Below are positions 25,536 through 40,689 of a stretch of 64,000 bases of DNA, one piece after another. Both the position numbers and the translations under genes were made by a program. Origin of the DNA: Eledone cirrhosa (taxonomy: Eukaryota); NCBI GenBank assembly GCA_964016885.1, contig CAXHJY010000431.1, forward strand, positions 1 through 64,000. Reading direction: 5' to 3'. Under the pieces are notes generated by a model. That model saw only the letters and a list, made by a program, of their open reading frames with translations. It was not told the DNA's origin and made no database searches. Every line of letters begins with the position of its first letter. Within the stretch, counting starts at the first letter, position 1.

Positions 25536-27039
25536 CTGGAGTCTACTCGTTGACATATGATAATGGATAATATACTATATTTCGTGATGTATTTCTTGGG
25601 AATATTTTCTTTTCAAACTGCCATATTCTCCAATAACAATTTTAGTACCAGTCTTGTTCACAAAAGTTTTAATACACTGTTTTAAATATTTTCATGTCTG
25701 AAATTCCAAATTGGTACCAGTATCAAATAGAAAATTTCACAAAATCAAAAATTGAAACTTTTAGTTGGATTGATAACATTTTTCAAGATTTTAAAACCGA
25801 ATTTCAAGAATTGCAACCGACAGATAGTATTAGCGATGGAAAGAACAAATGAGACATTGTTTCTTTGGTTCCATCTGGAGGCTCGGCTGCTTTCATTTCT
25901 CCCGAGAGGAGTTGTGACCGACAGATTGTATTAGTAACGAAATGAACAAGGGAAACATTGTTTCCACTCTAGAGAATCGATTTCTTTTCTTTCTCTGCCA
26001 GGAGTTGTGGCCAATTGATAGTAATAGCAGAAGAACTAATGGAAACATTGTTTCTTGGGTCCGATCTGGAGGAGTGGCTTCTTTTCTTTTCTTTCTTTCA
26101 GTCTCGGTTTTTAAATTTTTGTAAAATTTTCTTTTTCTTTTTTTTTACGTTAAAATTTTAGATTCAGCCATTTATGGGTATAGTTTAAAAAACATTTCTC
26201 TTTTATCGATTTGGAATTTTAAACTGAGAAAAAAAAATTCAAAAACTTACTAAAAAAAGAGTCTGTCCTCCAATACCTTTCGTTCGTTACTTAATTCTCT
26301 TTTTTTTTCATTTTCTTCTTTCCCTCTCCTCTTTTTCGTTTCATTTAAATATTATTATTTTGTTCAACTTTACAATGTTATCTCATGAATGAATACATAT
26401 TATATTACTCATCAAACATCAAACATCAAACAAAAAAGTTTTGCAAATGCTGTATGACGGAAACTATAGTCTCTCCATCTCTCCCTCTCTCTCTTCCTTT
26501 TCTCTCAGAGAACAGATAATAGTAATAGCAAGACTATCGGAAATGATTTGAACACAGAACGACTGATATATGGAAAGCAAAGGCATTCTTTAATATCTAT
26601 CTTGTTGCTAACCCTCCCAGGAAAGTCTTAGTGATTGGTTTACTGGCAGTAGCTTCTATTTTTAGTCTGAGCAGAAAACAATTCCAATATATATTACGTA
26701 TAACATAAGGCAAAATAGGCTGTAATGGGATTTAAAATATCGAGGAGGAGATTAAGTAGATTTGCAGTGATTCACTGTGATTCACTGTGATTCACTGTGA
26801 TGTACATTGTCATTGAAATTTCTCAGAGATAAATCCGCACCCGCAAAAAAAGAAAAGAAAAGAGAACAAAACTAAACAGCTATGTATATTACATGCTTAG
26901 ATATAAACCCTAGATTGTTTCAGAGCTGCGTGGAGAGTAGAAATACACGAATGATGTGTTGGGTTAGAATAGATCAACGTCGGTTTCGATTATAAGTGTT
27001 CCAGTTGTTTAATCAGCAGAACAGCCTGCTTGCAAATTT

Positions 27040-27550
27040 GTTGTTGTTTAGCCCTAGGTCAGGTCTGACTGAGCAGACATATGTTGGAATTTAGACCTAG
27101 GTTAACCCTGACTGAGAAGATATATGTTGGAGTTTAGCCCTAGGTCATTTCTGACTGAACAGATATATGTTGGAGCTTAGCCTAGGTTAACCCTGACTGA
27201 GAAGATATGTTTTTGTTAAATCGTAGGTTAACCCTAATTAAACAGACATGTTGTTATTTAGCCCCAGAATACTAGAAATCATTATATTAATACAAGATAT
27301 CGTTATTTAGCCCCAGGTTAACCCTGACTGAGAATTTATGTTGTTGTTTAGCCCTAGGGCGGTTATGATTGAGAAGATACATGTTATTATTTAGCCCTAG
27401 GTTAACCCTGACTGAACAGATATATCTGGAGTTTAGCCCTAGGTTAACCCTGACTGAACAGATATATGTTGTTGTTTAGCCGTATGGTATCCCTGACTAA
27501 GCAGACATATGTTGTTCTGTAGCCCCAAGTCAGTCATGACTGAACAAATG
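27040..27550. repeat. ~40-bp minisatellite, ~12 copies
   Basis: Unit gttgtttagccctaggttaaccctgactgaacagatatat. Confidence 0.9.
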
Positions 27551-29826
27551 TACGATCAAGTCATTCCATTTAGAGTCTTTTCAGCGGAAATCTTGGGCCA
27601 CGATATCTTAGACAATGTCCATTATTTGAGAAAGTAAGGTTTTATACGAGGGAGATTAGGACCCTATCTCTAACAGGCTGTACGATCGTGTCGATCAGGA
27701 AATCCACAAATTTTTAGACCATCGAACTCTTCATGGTATCCTTGACTCCTCATCGACACTGGCGCGTACATAAATAAATATGTAAATAAATAGATAAATC
27801 AGTAAACCGTATATAACATAATTAGATAATAGTGAAAATATATAAATCAGAAACCTGTATAAACAAGTTGTATTTTATTGAATCATTTTATGTATTTTCA
27901 TTTCTTATACAAATGTTAGATTTTGGCCTAAAGCTTCAATGGATTCCCTATGTAATTCCATCACACCTGTGGGTCGATATCGACCTCTTTGGGGAGCCTG
28001 TAGAGATTCCTTGTTTCCACCTGTGATTGCCAGTGTAAGGCTAAGTTGTAAACTTGTGTTTAAGGTAAAGTATCAATGGCACAATAGTGAGTCACGTCCA
28101 ATAATGGTGTTAAATTAAGTCATTGATATTATGGTAATTTGAGAGAAGAATATTGATCCACAGTTCATAGCGAATGGTTATGTTGAGCAAAAGAAGATAT
28201 CTTTCTTTTTATTGATTGTTGCAATGTTATCTGCAATACTAAAACATTCCGCTAGCCCATATACTGGCAATCTTGTTCCATTACGTAAGTGGTCATTGGC
28301 AGCAATTACTGAATCACACACTTTATGGAACATTCAGTTACATCACTTATGCAATTTGAAATTATTAAACTGACACATCGGTTTAGCAATTTGTTAGTCT
28401 ATTACCGGTGTTTAGCCATATATGTCCCGAATGAATAATTACCCGTCAGGTCATTGTTGGACCGATATATCGGAGTATGGATGACATATAAGATTTTCTT
28501 TGAAAAAAGGAATGACGGAATAATTGGATAAGTTTGCCGAATTATTGATTATGAATATATTGCTGTTTAGTTAAGGAAGTAAGAGCAGTGTCTAACAGTC
28601 TTCTCAGAGCATCCACGACTACATGGAGAAGGAAGAAGCTATCTCTATACCGGATACATGAGATCTGTTGAAAGCATCCAAGGACCAGAGGGTGGTGCTA
28701 AACTGGTCAGTAGATTAAGTCTAACAGCCAACAACTCAGAACGCAAAGAGCCGGATCAAACACCGCAAGGTATCTCAAGGTATCGATGCCCAGAAGATTC
28801 CGCCAATACGTTGTCTTAGACTGATACTTTATTTCTTCGATCCTGAAAGGAAAGATGACAGGCAATGTTGGTATGTCTCCGAGCTTGTATCACTCATGCA
28901 ATCTAAAATTATTAAACTGACACGTCGATTTAACAATTTGCTAGTCTATTACCGGTGTTTAGCTATACATGTCCCGAATAAATAGTTAACCGCCTGACCT
29001 TTGTTGCACCTATGCGTATGTAGAAAATAACATGCAACAAATGTGGTGGCTCATACATTGGAAACAGTGGCTCCAAACTACACATGCAGATTAATAGACA
29101 TGTGCCTCTTCTGTTACAAAAAGAAAGATCACATAAAAATGTCCCACCATTAAGGCCACTGAATGAAACATCAGAAACTTACGAATAAAGGAGGCAATCC
29201 TCATCAATAGATTAAAACGGGTATGGACTGAGATGAAGTGATTCCAGGAAAGATATGTTGAGTTGAAAGATTGTATTGAATGTGTTGCTGTGAGGACTTA
29301 ATTGTTGTTTAGCTGAATTGGAGATGAAATTAATTTGGATAAATTGAGTTATACCAAAGAACACGTGACTAGCGCGTTTAACGTTCTCGGTAAAAACTCG
29401 TTCATACCCCCCCCCCCCCCGCACCCAATTTTGTTGTTGATGAAAAACGAACAGCAAAATGAACAGGAAAAAAAAAAGATTTAGCATCCATTGTGTAAAA
29501 TAAAGTTATTTATTTGTCAATCTGAGATTTGAAACAGCATTCAAATCTTCAGATGCTTTGTATTAACAGAAAAAATGATCATAAAAATTTGAATCAGTAA
29601 TGTAATGAACTATAGTATTACAGAAATATGATTATAACGAGTTAAAATGAGCCATGGTGTCTGTGTAGAGATGTATCATGTGAAATAGTTGGTCAAAATC
29701 AAACTGTGTGACTTGTGATGTGTATAGAAAAGCTCGTAAAACATGAAAGAAAGAGAAATGGAGAGAGAGAGAGAGAAAGGGAGAGTGTGAGAGAGAGAGC
29801 GAAGGAGTGTGCGTGAGAGAGAGAGA

Positions 29827-29909
<83 letters not shown>

Positions 29910-30649
29910 AGAGAGAGAGGGTCTAAAGATTTGAGTGCAGTGAATTTGAAAGAGAATATGATACAACCACTAGGCTATGGCTGACCAGTAGTGGCGAAAT
30001 TGCGAAGACACAGCTGCTGCAAAATTTGCTTTTTACAGGAGAAAGGCAATATCATTCGCCACAAAATGAAATACACCATAGTGAGTACAGTAATAAAATT
30101 AATTAACATATTATTTCACTACAAGTTTAAGACCTGATTAACAGCAGACTCGAATTACATGGAGCCAATTAACTCTTGCAGTCTGCGTATGTCACCACCC
30201 TTCCTACAAAGAAAAGGTTATCTCACCATCACTACCACGCCCCATTTTCTTTCTTTTGAAAAAGACGATTTTAACACCAAAATATCATGGAATATAAAAT
30301 AAAAGTTTAAACTGTTGTTTTGTTTGTCTCCAGTTTCACCCCTTCATTTCTAACTTGCATTGTACTAGCTTTTCTACAACAATCCTAACCATGTGTTAGT
30401 TAAAATAAACTAACTGATGAACGGCATCACAGTCGGTTCTGATGACATGTGTTCTAGCTGTTCGATCAACAGAACTGATTGCCTGGAAAGTTAATGTGCA
30501 AGTGATTGAGCATTCCACACTTAACGCATTTCTGACAGAGATTTAGTATGACTGAGTGTGACAAATCACATGGTTTGAATTACAGGTACAACTCGTTTTT
30601 TTCTAGCTGAGTGGACTGGTGCACTGCAAAATAAAGTGTCTTGCTAAGG

Positions 30650-32400
30650 AAGACAACGTGAGAAGCGTTAATTTATTCTCCAGGTGTAGTTTGATGCATC
30701 GCAACAGTTTTTTTCTTCAAATTAATTGTGAGAAAAAATCGTCACGTATAGAATCAAACGCACTAATCAGGTTCTGTAAGCCTTTCTCAGAGTGACTTAT
30801 TAGGTCACAATCGTCTGCGTATAAAAAATCACGTACCAGAGAGGTAAAAACATTGAATTTGAAGTTCATTCTTGTCAGATTGAACACACTATCAGTACAG
30901 AAGTATCGTATATAGATGCCATTTGTTGAAATTGCATTTGATAGAATAGCTGCATAATACATGGCGAAGAGTGCTAGTGCTTCGAGATTACCTTGCTTAA
31001 CTCCATTTTCAACTGGAAATAGTTTAGATAGGGTTCCACCAAAATTAACCCGGGCTCTCATATCCTTATGGAAAGCCATGGTTATACATACAAACGTTTC
31101 AGGACTACTATATTTCTTCAGCACTAGTCACAGTGCATTAATGTTAACCGTATCAAAATATTTTCTAAGATCCTCAAAACAATGGTATAAACTCATGCTT
31201 TGTTCGTTGCATTTCTCTTGCAGCTGCCAGATGTGAAATCATATCAACTGCCCCCCCCCCCACCCCCCGAGAAGTGCGGAAGCCACAATATGACTCCGAT
31301 ACATGAGTTTATCAAGGCACTCTAAGGGAACACGAGAAAGCGCCTTTCCAACGACTGACAACAAAGATATTCCACGGAAATTTCCACATACGTCCTTGGG
31401 ACTAGATTTTTACAGGGTAACGAGAATAACATCAACTCAGTCTTGAGGCCCCTCCTCTTTTCTCCAGTAGTTTACAATTTCAGAGTGAAGTAATTCGGTC
31501 ATTCTCTTTCACTGAGACTTTAAAGTTTCTGAGCTAATGCCATCAATAACCGGGGCTTTAATGTTATTGATTTTCTTTTACAGCTGCTGTTGGCTCAACA
31601 GACATTTCTTTGACAACAGGAAGGCCAACCATTTCCTCAATTATTCTCATATTTACATTTGACCGTCTATTGAGAAGATCAGAATAGTGATGTACCTGTC
31701 GCTTTTGTATAACATCAGTAAAGATCTGTTGGACGCCAACAGATCTCATTGCTGCTATAGATGTTGGTCTATGACCAAAAACCTCTTTTACAAAAGAGAA
31801 GGCCTTTGCATCTTTACAGTCAATAGCAGCATGTATATCTTTTGCCTTTTGGTGTCACCATTTATTTTTAATTTTTCGGAGACCACACTCAATTTTAAAA
31901 CTCAATAAATTTAGATATATCTTGGTTAGGTTTATTTGATTTAGAATGTTTTTGTTTAGATGAAAGAATATTAGTAATTTCCAAGTCATTGTCGATAAAC
32001 TAATTTGTTACTTTCTTTGATATGTAGTCCAAAGTGGAAGATGCTACATTATTGACTTGTAATTTGAAATTCTCTCATGGATTTTCTTGTTCGAGTGAGA
32101 CACTTATTGCATCATCACGAAACGAAAGTTTTGCAATAAAGTGGGGAATATTAAGGTTAGCTATGCTAATTCTCTTTCGTACGCTAATTTTGGGCAGGAT
32201 TGAAAAATTAAACTTCCCTCTCACTAGCCTATGGTCTGTCAGCATTCTGTTCCTTTCATAGCTTTTTAACTTCCAGCATTTAAAAAAATATTTGCTTAAA
32301 TACGGATTTCATTACATTTTCTTTTGGAAAGGTGTAGAAGAGGGTCAAAGAAGAGAATCAGGTGTTGGAGTGGCTGTTAGAATCTCTTTCATCTCATCTT
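30650..32400 (-). mobile_element. Old degenerate RTE-clade LINE
   Basis: ORF 30717-31124 (NGVKQG..DFLYADDC); FRGISLLS and CGFR remnants upstream. Confidence 0.8.
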
Positions 32401-32786
32401 TTGAGAATCTAGTAATTCCTTTTAACCCATAGAAGTTAATTAGACAAATAATCAACTAAAAGGAATGACTAGATAATTTAATCTGACTGTTCCTTGCGGA
32501 AAATAGTCTGTATCATTTATCTATTATTTCTTCATAGTTACATTTTAAACTAATAACCTCGTTTAAATGATTATTTATATGGTTGATTTCTGCGGACTAG
32601 GGTGAGGAAAGACTGTATATTTTATCTAATAATTTTTCAAACTTGCAATTTTATATATAGCTCTGATTAATAATTATTTTTCTTAATTAACTTTTTTCAT
32701 TGAGCCATACCGCGAAAGGTAGCCACACTCATATATGTATCTGTGACTATGTCTAAATATATACATATATGCTCCCTATGAATTTA

Positions 32787-32859
<73 letters not shown>

Positions 32860-34010
32860 CACTATCTATCTCTCTCTTTCTCTCTCTCGCTCTCTCTATA
32901 TATATATTGAAAAACAATACAAGGCCCAAGGCAGAACTGGAAATATTCTTTAAAATTTTTATGTTGCGAAAATGCTATACGCATTTCAATGGGTTAGTTA
33001 CATCATCCGATCATGACGAAATCAAGTATGGATTGAACAATTAGTTAATTGATAACAAAATTGCGGTAAACAAACAGAGAATAGAGAATAGATTTAATTC
33101 AGAGATGGCTCACCAATTCGGTGTCACTATTGTGGCAAACCATCTCCGAATGTCACACACTCGGCAATACTAAACATTGTAGGTTGGAAGCTCGACCAAG
33201 GGGGTTGGGGGTTGTTTGGTGGCGACCTAAATTCTTCTGTCCTCAGAAAATGCCACTCCATTAATCAGAATCAAGCAGTCCGCTGCTACAGAGGTTTAGG
33301 GGTACTAAACTTTCTGTCAGCAGACCCTGGCCGAAAAACAGTTTAGGCTTCATTGGTTTGAATCACATGAAATGTTCATGCAAATAAACATTTTTGTAAC
33401 CTCGCTAGAAATTTTAGAAGCGGTGATTTGTTCACAATTAGTCTTAGCAAAACAAGGGAGAGCACCCTAACGGCACCGTTTCAGGTTTTTTAACCGTCGT
33501 CAGAGGCGGTAACTACTTCTTGGATGCTAAGACGAAAATAAGCTAAAACCTTATAATTTTTATGCTTATGAATATCGGTTGGCAACACCATCACCAATAA
33601 CAGCAACAACAATAAAAATGGCAACGACATCAGCAACAATAACAACCTTGAGTCTACCCAGTTCTAATTCCTCTACTGACGTTTTTTTTCTTTTATCACT
33701 CCAAAATCGAATGAGAATTACCAATAATATAATAGTGCAATTTCAATTGAGTACACACATACCAATAACAAAATTAGATGTTATGTTCAACCGAAAGAAA
33801 TCAATATTAATATCAGTTGAACTTTTAAATGCTTTTTCTTAATCGTTTCGTCCTTCAACGGAATGACAGTTTACAGAGATCAGAAAATCAGTATTTGAAG
33901 AGTAGAATACTAAACAACTAATATTCCTACGTCTACATTGACATGATATGATATACTGTATGTATGTATGTATGTATGTATGTATGTATGTATGTATGTA
34001 TGTATGTATG

Positions 34011-34729
34011 TACGCTAACATCTCTGCTGATACATGGGAAAATATTGCTGCTGATCGTAATAAATGAAGAAAGACTGTATATGAGGGAAAAGTTGCCTTT
34101 GAGGCATCTCGAATAGCATACGAGAAAGTAAAGCGGGATGCGAGGAAGGGCATTGCTGTTGCACTTCCAGACGACGAGGGTCCTCCTATGGTGCTGACAT
34201 GCAGCGTCTGTGCGAGACTCTGCCTAAGCAAAGCTGGACTCGAACGTCATCTTCGCAGTCATAAAGTAAAACCAGTGGTTGACTACCAGGCTGCTGTTGG
34301 AGATGCTACTCATCATGCTTGCCAAACATGTGGTAGAGAATGTAAATCAACAGGAGGGCTCAAGCGACATGCAAAATTACATGAACTCGAACCACAGCCG
34401 GCTATTCCCAGTGAATGTTTTGGTTGCCGACTCTGTGCAAGACATTTTAGATCATTGACTGGGCTAAAAAGCCACATTCGATCGCAGCGCTGTTAGTTGC
34501 TATCGTGTGTGTGTGTGTGTGTATAGATATGTTTATGTGTGTGCGTGTGTGTGTATATATATATGTATATGTATATTATTATTGTTGTTGTTGTCGTTAT
34601 TATTATTGTCGTTATTATTATTATTATTGTTATTAATGTATATGTGTGTATGTATATATATATATGTGTGTATGTATGTATGTGTGTGTGTGTATATATA
34701 TATATATTTATTTTTTTATTTTATTTTAT

Positions 34730-34760
<31 letters not shown>

Positions 34761-34787
34761 CCTCGTGCAATGGCCATACTCGATAAC

Positions 34788-34790
<3 letters not shown>
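34011..34790 (+). mobile_element. RTE-clade LINE 3' end encoding three C2H2 zinc fingers
   Basis: ORF 34188-34496 with three CxxC..GL..H...H-type repeats (last one degenerate), preceded by TWENIAADR; (TATG)n on both sides. Confidence 0.8.
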
Positions 34791-34818
<28 letters not shown>

Positions 34819-34847
34819 TGTATGTATGTATGTATGTATGTATGTTT

Positions 34848-36031
34848 TCTCTTTCTCTTAATTTCGAGTATATTTTTTTGACCGGCCACCTTCCTGGTGG
34901 CAAGGTTGTAAAAGAAAAGAAATTGTCATCCCTTGAATCGCAAGAATGTTTTGCATATTTTGAAGGTGCCAGCTATCGCAGCCATTTGTAGACTATGAAT
35001 TAGGGAGCTGCGCTTTTTGTCCGCAAATCCAAGTTCTGTCATACTTTGGTCCAAGCGGGTTGGTATATAACCCGTAGCACCAATAATGATGGGTATGAAG
35101 CTAAAGGTGTATCTTGGATACTGGATTTGTAAGCTCCTCATCAATGGTCCGTAGATGTCCTCCTTCTCCTGTATTTTTCTGACAACGTTTACATCAAGTG
35201 GGCAGCTGATCTCCACAACAGAACACGTTTTCAATGTGTGGTCCCAAACTACAATATCAGGCCGGTTGTGCTTTAATTTGGTGGCAGTTTTTATTTTCAG
35301 GTTCCACCAGTATTCCTTAGTGCCATCTGTCTCAATATATTCTTCCTCGTTTGTTGTTAATTTTGTTTTCCGAAGTGCGTTCCAGATAGTTCTAGCTATC
35401 CCATCGTGTCTCATGGGGAGGTAGTAGCGAGATGACATTCTTTCGCAGCTGGCAACAATGTGGCTTACATCCTCGATCTTTGTTTTACATAGCCTACATT
35501 TATTGTCAGCTGCTGGCCCTCCTCTTTTGTGCAGCAGATATTTGGTAGGGAGTTCTTGTTCCTGTATTGCATAGAGATATCCCTCAAGGTGTGATGTCAT
35601 AAACTTGTCGGAACTCCATGCCAGGCTTTTTGAGTGGTTTATCCCCTCTATGGTCTGTGTTTTACGCCTCAAGTATCCATGCACAACTTTCTCTGTAAAT
35701 TGGTCAATTTTTTTTTCTTGTTTGAACATTGAATAGGATCTTCCGATTTCTCTGGGTGAGAGATTTATATCAGGCTTTATTCCATATCTCTCCTCCAGAT
35801 CAGTCGCTATTCTAATGATATTTCTTTTTTCATGCTCATAAACCTGAGCAAGATGGTCGCCAACCTTTTTCCTCTGTTGAAGGTGTTGCTTCAGTGTTAC
35901 TATCCGGGTCTCATATGTTGTTAATATTGATTTTAGACCCCGGCCACCTTCCTTGCGTGAGAAGTATAGCCTATCCACATCACCATTGATGTTAAAGTTC
36001 CCAGTAACACTGAGAAGTTTACGAGTTCTAA
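34848..36031 (-). mobile_element. Dong family B, 5'-truncated copy
   Basis: Near-identical to 7361-8536; open ORF through CCHC and RLE; (TATG)n flanks. Confidence 0.92.
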
Positions 36032-36620
36032 CGTATGTATGTATGTATGTATGTATGTATGTATGTATGTGAGTATGTATGTATGTATTACAAAGTGAAA
36101 TGACAGGAGGCGCCAAATATATTGAATTTCCTTATTATTTTATTAATGCAAACACTATGCACATTTCAGTGGTTGCGTAAGAACCCGGTGAATTGCGTAA
36201 TAGATGCATACAACGGAATGGTGGTAGACTTTGAGGAAACAAGTACAGAAAAAAAGAGAGGAAAAAATGTGTGTTTATGTTTTTGATTCAGATACTATCC
36301 GCTTTGGGTTCCACTTATAGTTCAATGTTAGAAGTAAGGTATGGCGGTTAACAACACCTGACTAAAGTGATGCTCCCCCCCCCCACTCACAGGGCTCAAC
36401 GGTCGACCGAACGTTCCGAGTAATTATGGTTTACCGTAGAAAAGGGAAATTTAATTTATTTCCAAGCACTCAAGGAGGCGGACATAGCCAGCCAGTGTCC
36501 TAATATATGCCATGTATTCGTAGCTAGTGAACTATACACAATCCTAAGCTGTCCACACAGGCAAGGTACTTACATTCAAACCATGCTATCAATACTATAT
36601 GAAGACACTACCGTGTATCA

Positions 36621-36641
36621 TCTATATATATAAAACTGAGG

Positions 36642-36717
<76 letters not shown>

Positions 36718-37263
36718 CCTCAAAACTCGAGAAGCACCCAACCGATTTTTTTGAAACTTTACATGTGTATTACTTATGTTTCAGGGAGTGTTATGCACAT
36801 AAAAGTCAACATTTTGATCCCGCATTAGGTGAAAAACTGTGATTTTCAGCTTTTTAGGTTTTTTATGAGGCGTTACATCAGACCGATTTCCGTGAAATTG
36901 TAACTATGTATTAGTCAGTCTCTTCTTCATACCGTGAGCAAAGAAAATCCAACTTGTTTATGGCTTAGGGCCCTTTTTAGGGCTTTTTTGAGGCGTTACG
37001 TCTAGCCGATTTTCCCAGAAATTTCAAGGCATATTATGCACATAAAAAAATTCATTTTCTTGATCCCCTAGGGCCCGCATTAGGTGAAAACCTGCATTTT
37101 TCCTCCTTCATCGAGGAAAATCTTAAAGATTATCCAGCCATCTGAGTATTCGGCTTATTTTCTTTACATATTGTCCAAGCATGCAGTTTTTCCACGATTA
37201 GGTCTGTTGGCGGCTCGCGTTCCAAAATACCTTACCCCGTGCAACGCCGGGTGCCACTGCTAG
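36621..37263 (+). mobile_element. Non-autonomous Helitron
   Basis: A|TCTATATATATAAA start, subterminal hairpin cccgtgcaacgccggg, CTAG|T end. Confidence 0.85.
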
Positions 37264-37574
37264 TACATTATATAGCGAATGTATCTCAAGAGTTAATCAA
37301 ACAAACATACATATAGTTAATGGTAGATAGGCGAAGGAATGTTTAATTAATGGTGCATAGAGAGTAACAGAATTTAGGTAAAGGATGAGTAACCTGTATA
37401 TAAAAGGTTTAGTCGTAAGCAAACACAGAGTGGTAGTCATGGGAATAAAACAATACAAATATGAAATATAGGATATAGGAATACAAAATAACAAAGAGGG
37501 TGGAACATATAAACAAACACCAAATAGGGTATTATTCCTCAATAACTCCTAACCTACTAAATAAGGCGCTTTCA

Positions 37575-40500
37575 TATTTTATTGTTATTTTCTACTTCTA
37601 ATTTCAGGTCATAATTTTTTAAGAATTCTATAATTACTTTCTTTACTCTATTTAATTCGCTATTATTATGCCTAACTACAGTAAATAATATGTCGTCTCT
37701 ATATAAACCACCGGTAATCTCCGGCAGTTTTCCGGACCTATCTAGTGACGAGATTAATATTATTTTAACGGCAAGGCGAACCTTGGACTAGATCTGATAG
37801 GCAGAAGAACTTTGACATTAATATGGGCTCGTCTGATTCGGCGCAAGTTACCGATCTTGTGGGAATTTTCATCCTTAATATGATAAATAGAAAACTGCCG
37901 GAGATTACCGGTGGTTTATATAGAGACGACATATTATTTACTGTAGTTAGGCATAATAATAGCGAATTAAATAGAGTAAAGAAAGTAATTATAGAATTCT
38001 TAAAAAATTATGACCTGAAATTAGAAGTAGAAAATAACAATAAAATAGTTAATTTTTAGATGTAACTCTTAATTTAAACTCAAGCCAGTATTACCCCTTC
38101 CATAAACTCAATGAAAACTTAAATTATGTTAGCTTTTACTCTAATCATCCTAAAAGTGTTAAAAATGCAATAGTCAATAATGTCCAACAATGAATATCCA
38201 AACTATATGCTAATAGATCCATATTTAATAGTAAGGCTGTATATTATAATGAAGGGTTACATAAATCAGGATATAAAAATAATATTGAATATGTAGAAAA
38301 AAATAATATTAATTATAAACACTGTATTCATAATAATAAAAATAGAACTGACTGTAAAAACAACAACTTGAGGAATAAATCTGGGAAAAAAATAAGGACT
38401 AGATTTATAATTTGGTATGCTCCGCCAACATCTTTAGCTATTAAAACACCTTTAGCACATTTATTTTTTAAAGCCTTGGATAAATGTTTCCCTAGATCAC
38501 ATAAGTATTACTCTATCTTCAATAGACACACAGTTAAACTTTCTTATTCAACAACTATGAATATTGCTCAAAATATTGCAAAAATTAATAGTAAAATTCT
38601 TAATTTGAACCAGCATATAATTAGCGATAATAACAACAACAATAATAATAATACATTAGTTAATGTGAATAACAATAACAATAGTTTAAATATGAATAAT
38701 AGTAGAACACCTAGAAATATTAATGATAAAAGAATAGTTTAAGTTATAGAAATAACATTGAATTGAATTGTAACCGTAGAAGGAAATCTGAATGCCCTTT
38801 ACAAAATAATTGCCTTGACAAGAATCTAGTGTATAAATGTACCATTAAGACAAATAATAATAATACTTATAACTACATTGGTGCCACTTCATCGAACTTT
38901 AAGTTTCGCTTTTCCAATCATAAACATTCATTTTCTAATCCAGATAAAACATTTTCTACATCACTATCACAATTAACATGGTCTTTGAAAGAGAAAAATA
39001 TTAAATACTCAATTTCTTGAAGTAAATTAAAGAATTTCTGATTCCTACCGGAACGCTTCTATTTCACCATATTGCAATTTAGAGACTCTATTAGAGACTC
39101 TATTAATAATTACAAATTATGGTAATTTAATTAATAAGAAGAAAGAATTATTTCGAAGCTGTCTACATAAGTCTGGAAGAACCTTTCGAACATTATACAA
39201 ATTTCGAAAATAATATTGACTATTAATAATTCTTGAAATATTATTATATATATAACGTTTTGCCTTACCATAAAAATTGTTTATCGTTTTTATATAGTAA
39301 ATTAATCTCATGATGAGTCTCGGTATCTTAAGTTTTGATTTAGAAAGGTCAGTTTAACTAGAAATTTCTGAATTTGTGGTTTGAAATATCTTTTGACTTT
39401 CAAAATACTTAAATATCTTAAATGTTGACATATGATGAACGAGTTATCTTCCTTTGTTTACATTCTTCGTAAATAATTTTGTTCTGCTTGCTAATGTATA
39501 TTTAACATGATTTATACATATATATGAAAAATCCTTAAATTGATATATATGAAAAATCCTTAAAGGGAAACTATATATAATTGTTTCTACTTTAGGTACA
39601 AAGCCAGCAATTATCCCAGTGCATTACTTGTACTTTATTTTATCGACCCCGTAAGGATGAAAGGCAAAGTTAACCTCGGCGGGATATATAATAAGATGTA
39701 ATTACGGAAGTAAAATCGAAATAATAATACTTTTAAGAGTAAATATAACTACTAATTAATCCTGTAATGAAATGACAACCAATGAATTGAAATGATTTTA
39801 TAATGAAAATAGAATAATTCAGATAATAATTCTTAACATAATATAAAATATATATACTGATGGTGATACATGCATGGGTTTTAATAAATATCCTTATACA
39901 TATTTAATAGGTATTTAAACATGTTTTAAATATAAAAATGTTTTTGAATATTGTAACAAAATATTTAGTAAATATATTACTTAATTAAACTATGGTTCTG
40001 ATTGCTATAGAAAATATGTTTATATTATTTAATTTTGATATAATATATTAGTATATTTAGTTTATACTTAACCAAATACAAAAGATATTAAAACATTTCA
40101 TGGTATTTCATTGGTCGCCTCTATTTGACTTAATATTTGAAAGCAACGGTCACACATCATTTCTCTTTCTTTCTTTTTTGCCGTTATTTCTTTCTTCTTC
40201 TCTCTACTATCTCTCTCTCTCTCTTCCTTTTTCTTCCCTAATACGTCTATTTACGCATTTAAATATTTATGTATGTATGTATTTATTTATTTTCTTCTTG
40301 CATTTCCTCATACTCAACCACATCACGCTCCACATCCTCTGCTTCATTAAATTTAAGTTTATCATGTTATTATTTGTGGTATATAAATGTTGAGATTTGT
40401 TGTAATAAATCACTGCCAATACTGGAATTGAACCATCAAGACCGTTGAGGTATATCATACATCAATTCATGTATTTTATCTGACGAGGACGTACCGAAAA

Positions 40501-40680
40501 AACAGTACAGTACCTTTGAAATATATATGATAAAACATATTTTGATTATGTGAATGTTTTCATTTATTAATATTCTGAATAATATTAATAACTCCAGAAA
40601 ACTTCATTGTAGAGTGCTTTTAATCTATTGTGAAACTATATTCATTGAGTAATCAATGAACCATATTAATCTTTGGTCAT
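37575..40680 (+). mobile_element. Penelope-like element (Naiad-type) 1: RT + GIY-YIG remnant, 5' inversion, long 3'UTR
   Basis: MGSSDSAQVTDLVG..GLYRDD, IIWYAPP, CPLQNNC..VY..YIGAT..FKFRFSNH. 37575-37732 is the inverse of 37890-38047. HHR near the 3' end; ends in (TA)n. Confidence 0.88.
40470..40538 (+). ncRNA. Type I hammerhead, probably inactivated (cleavage site reads UG)
   Basis: ttttat-CTGACGA-stem II-GAAA-tatata-TG-ataaaa. Confidence 0.65.
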
Positions 40681-40689
40681 ATATATATA

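Noticed and set aside
27040-27550. CRISPR-like regular array
   Set aside because: No unique spacers, no cas genes, eukaryotic context.
34188-34496. Host C2H2 zinc-finger gene
   Set aside because: Contiguous with RTE C-terminal motifs and the RTE 3' tail.
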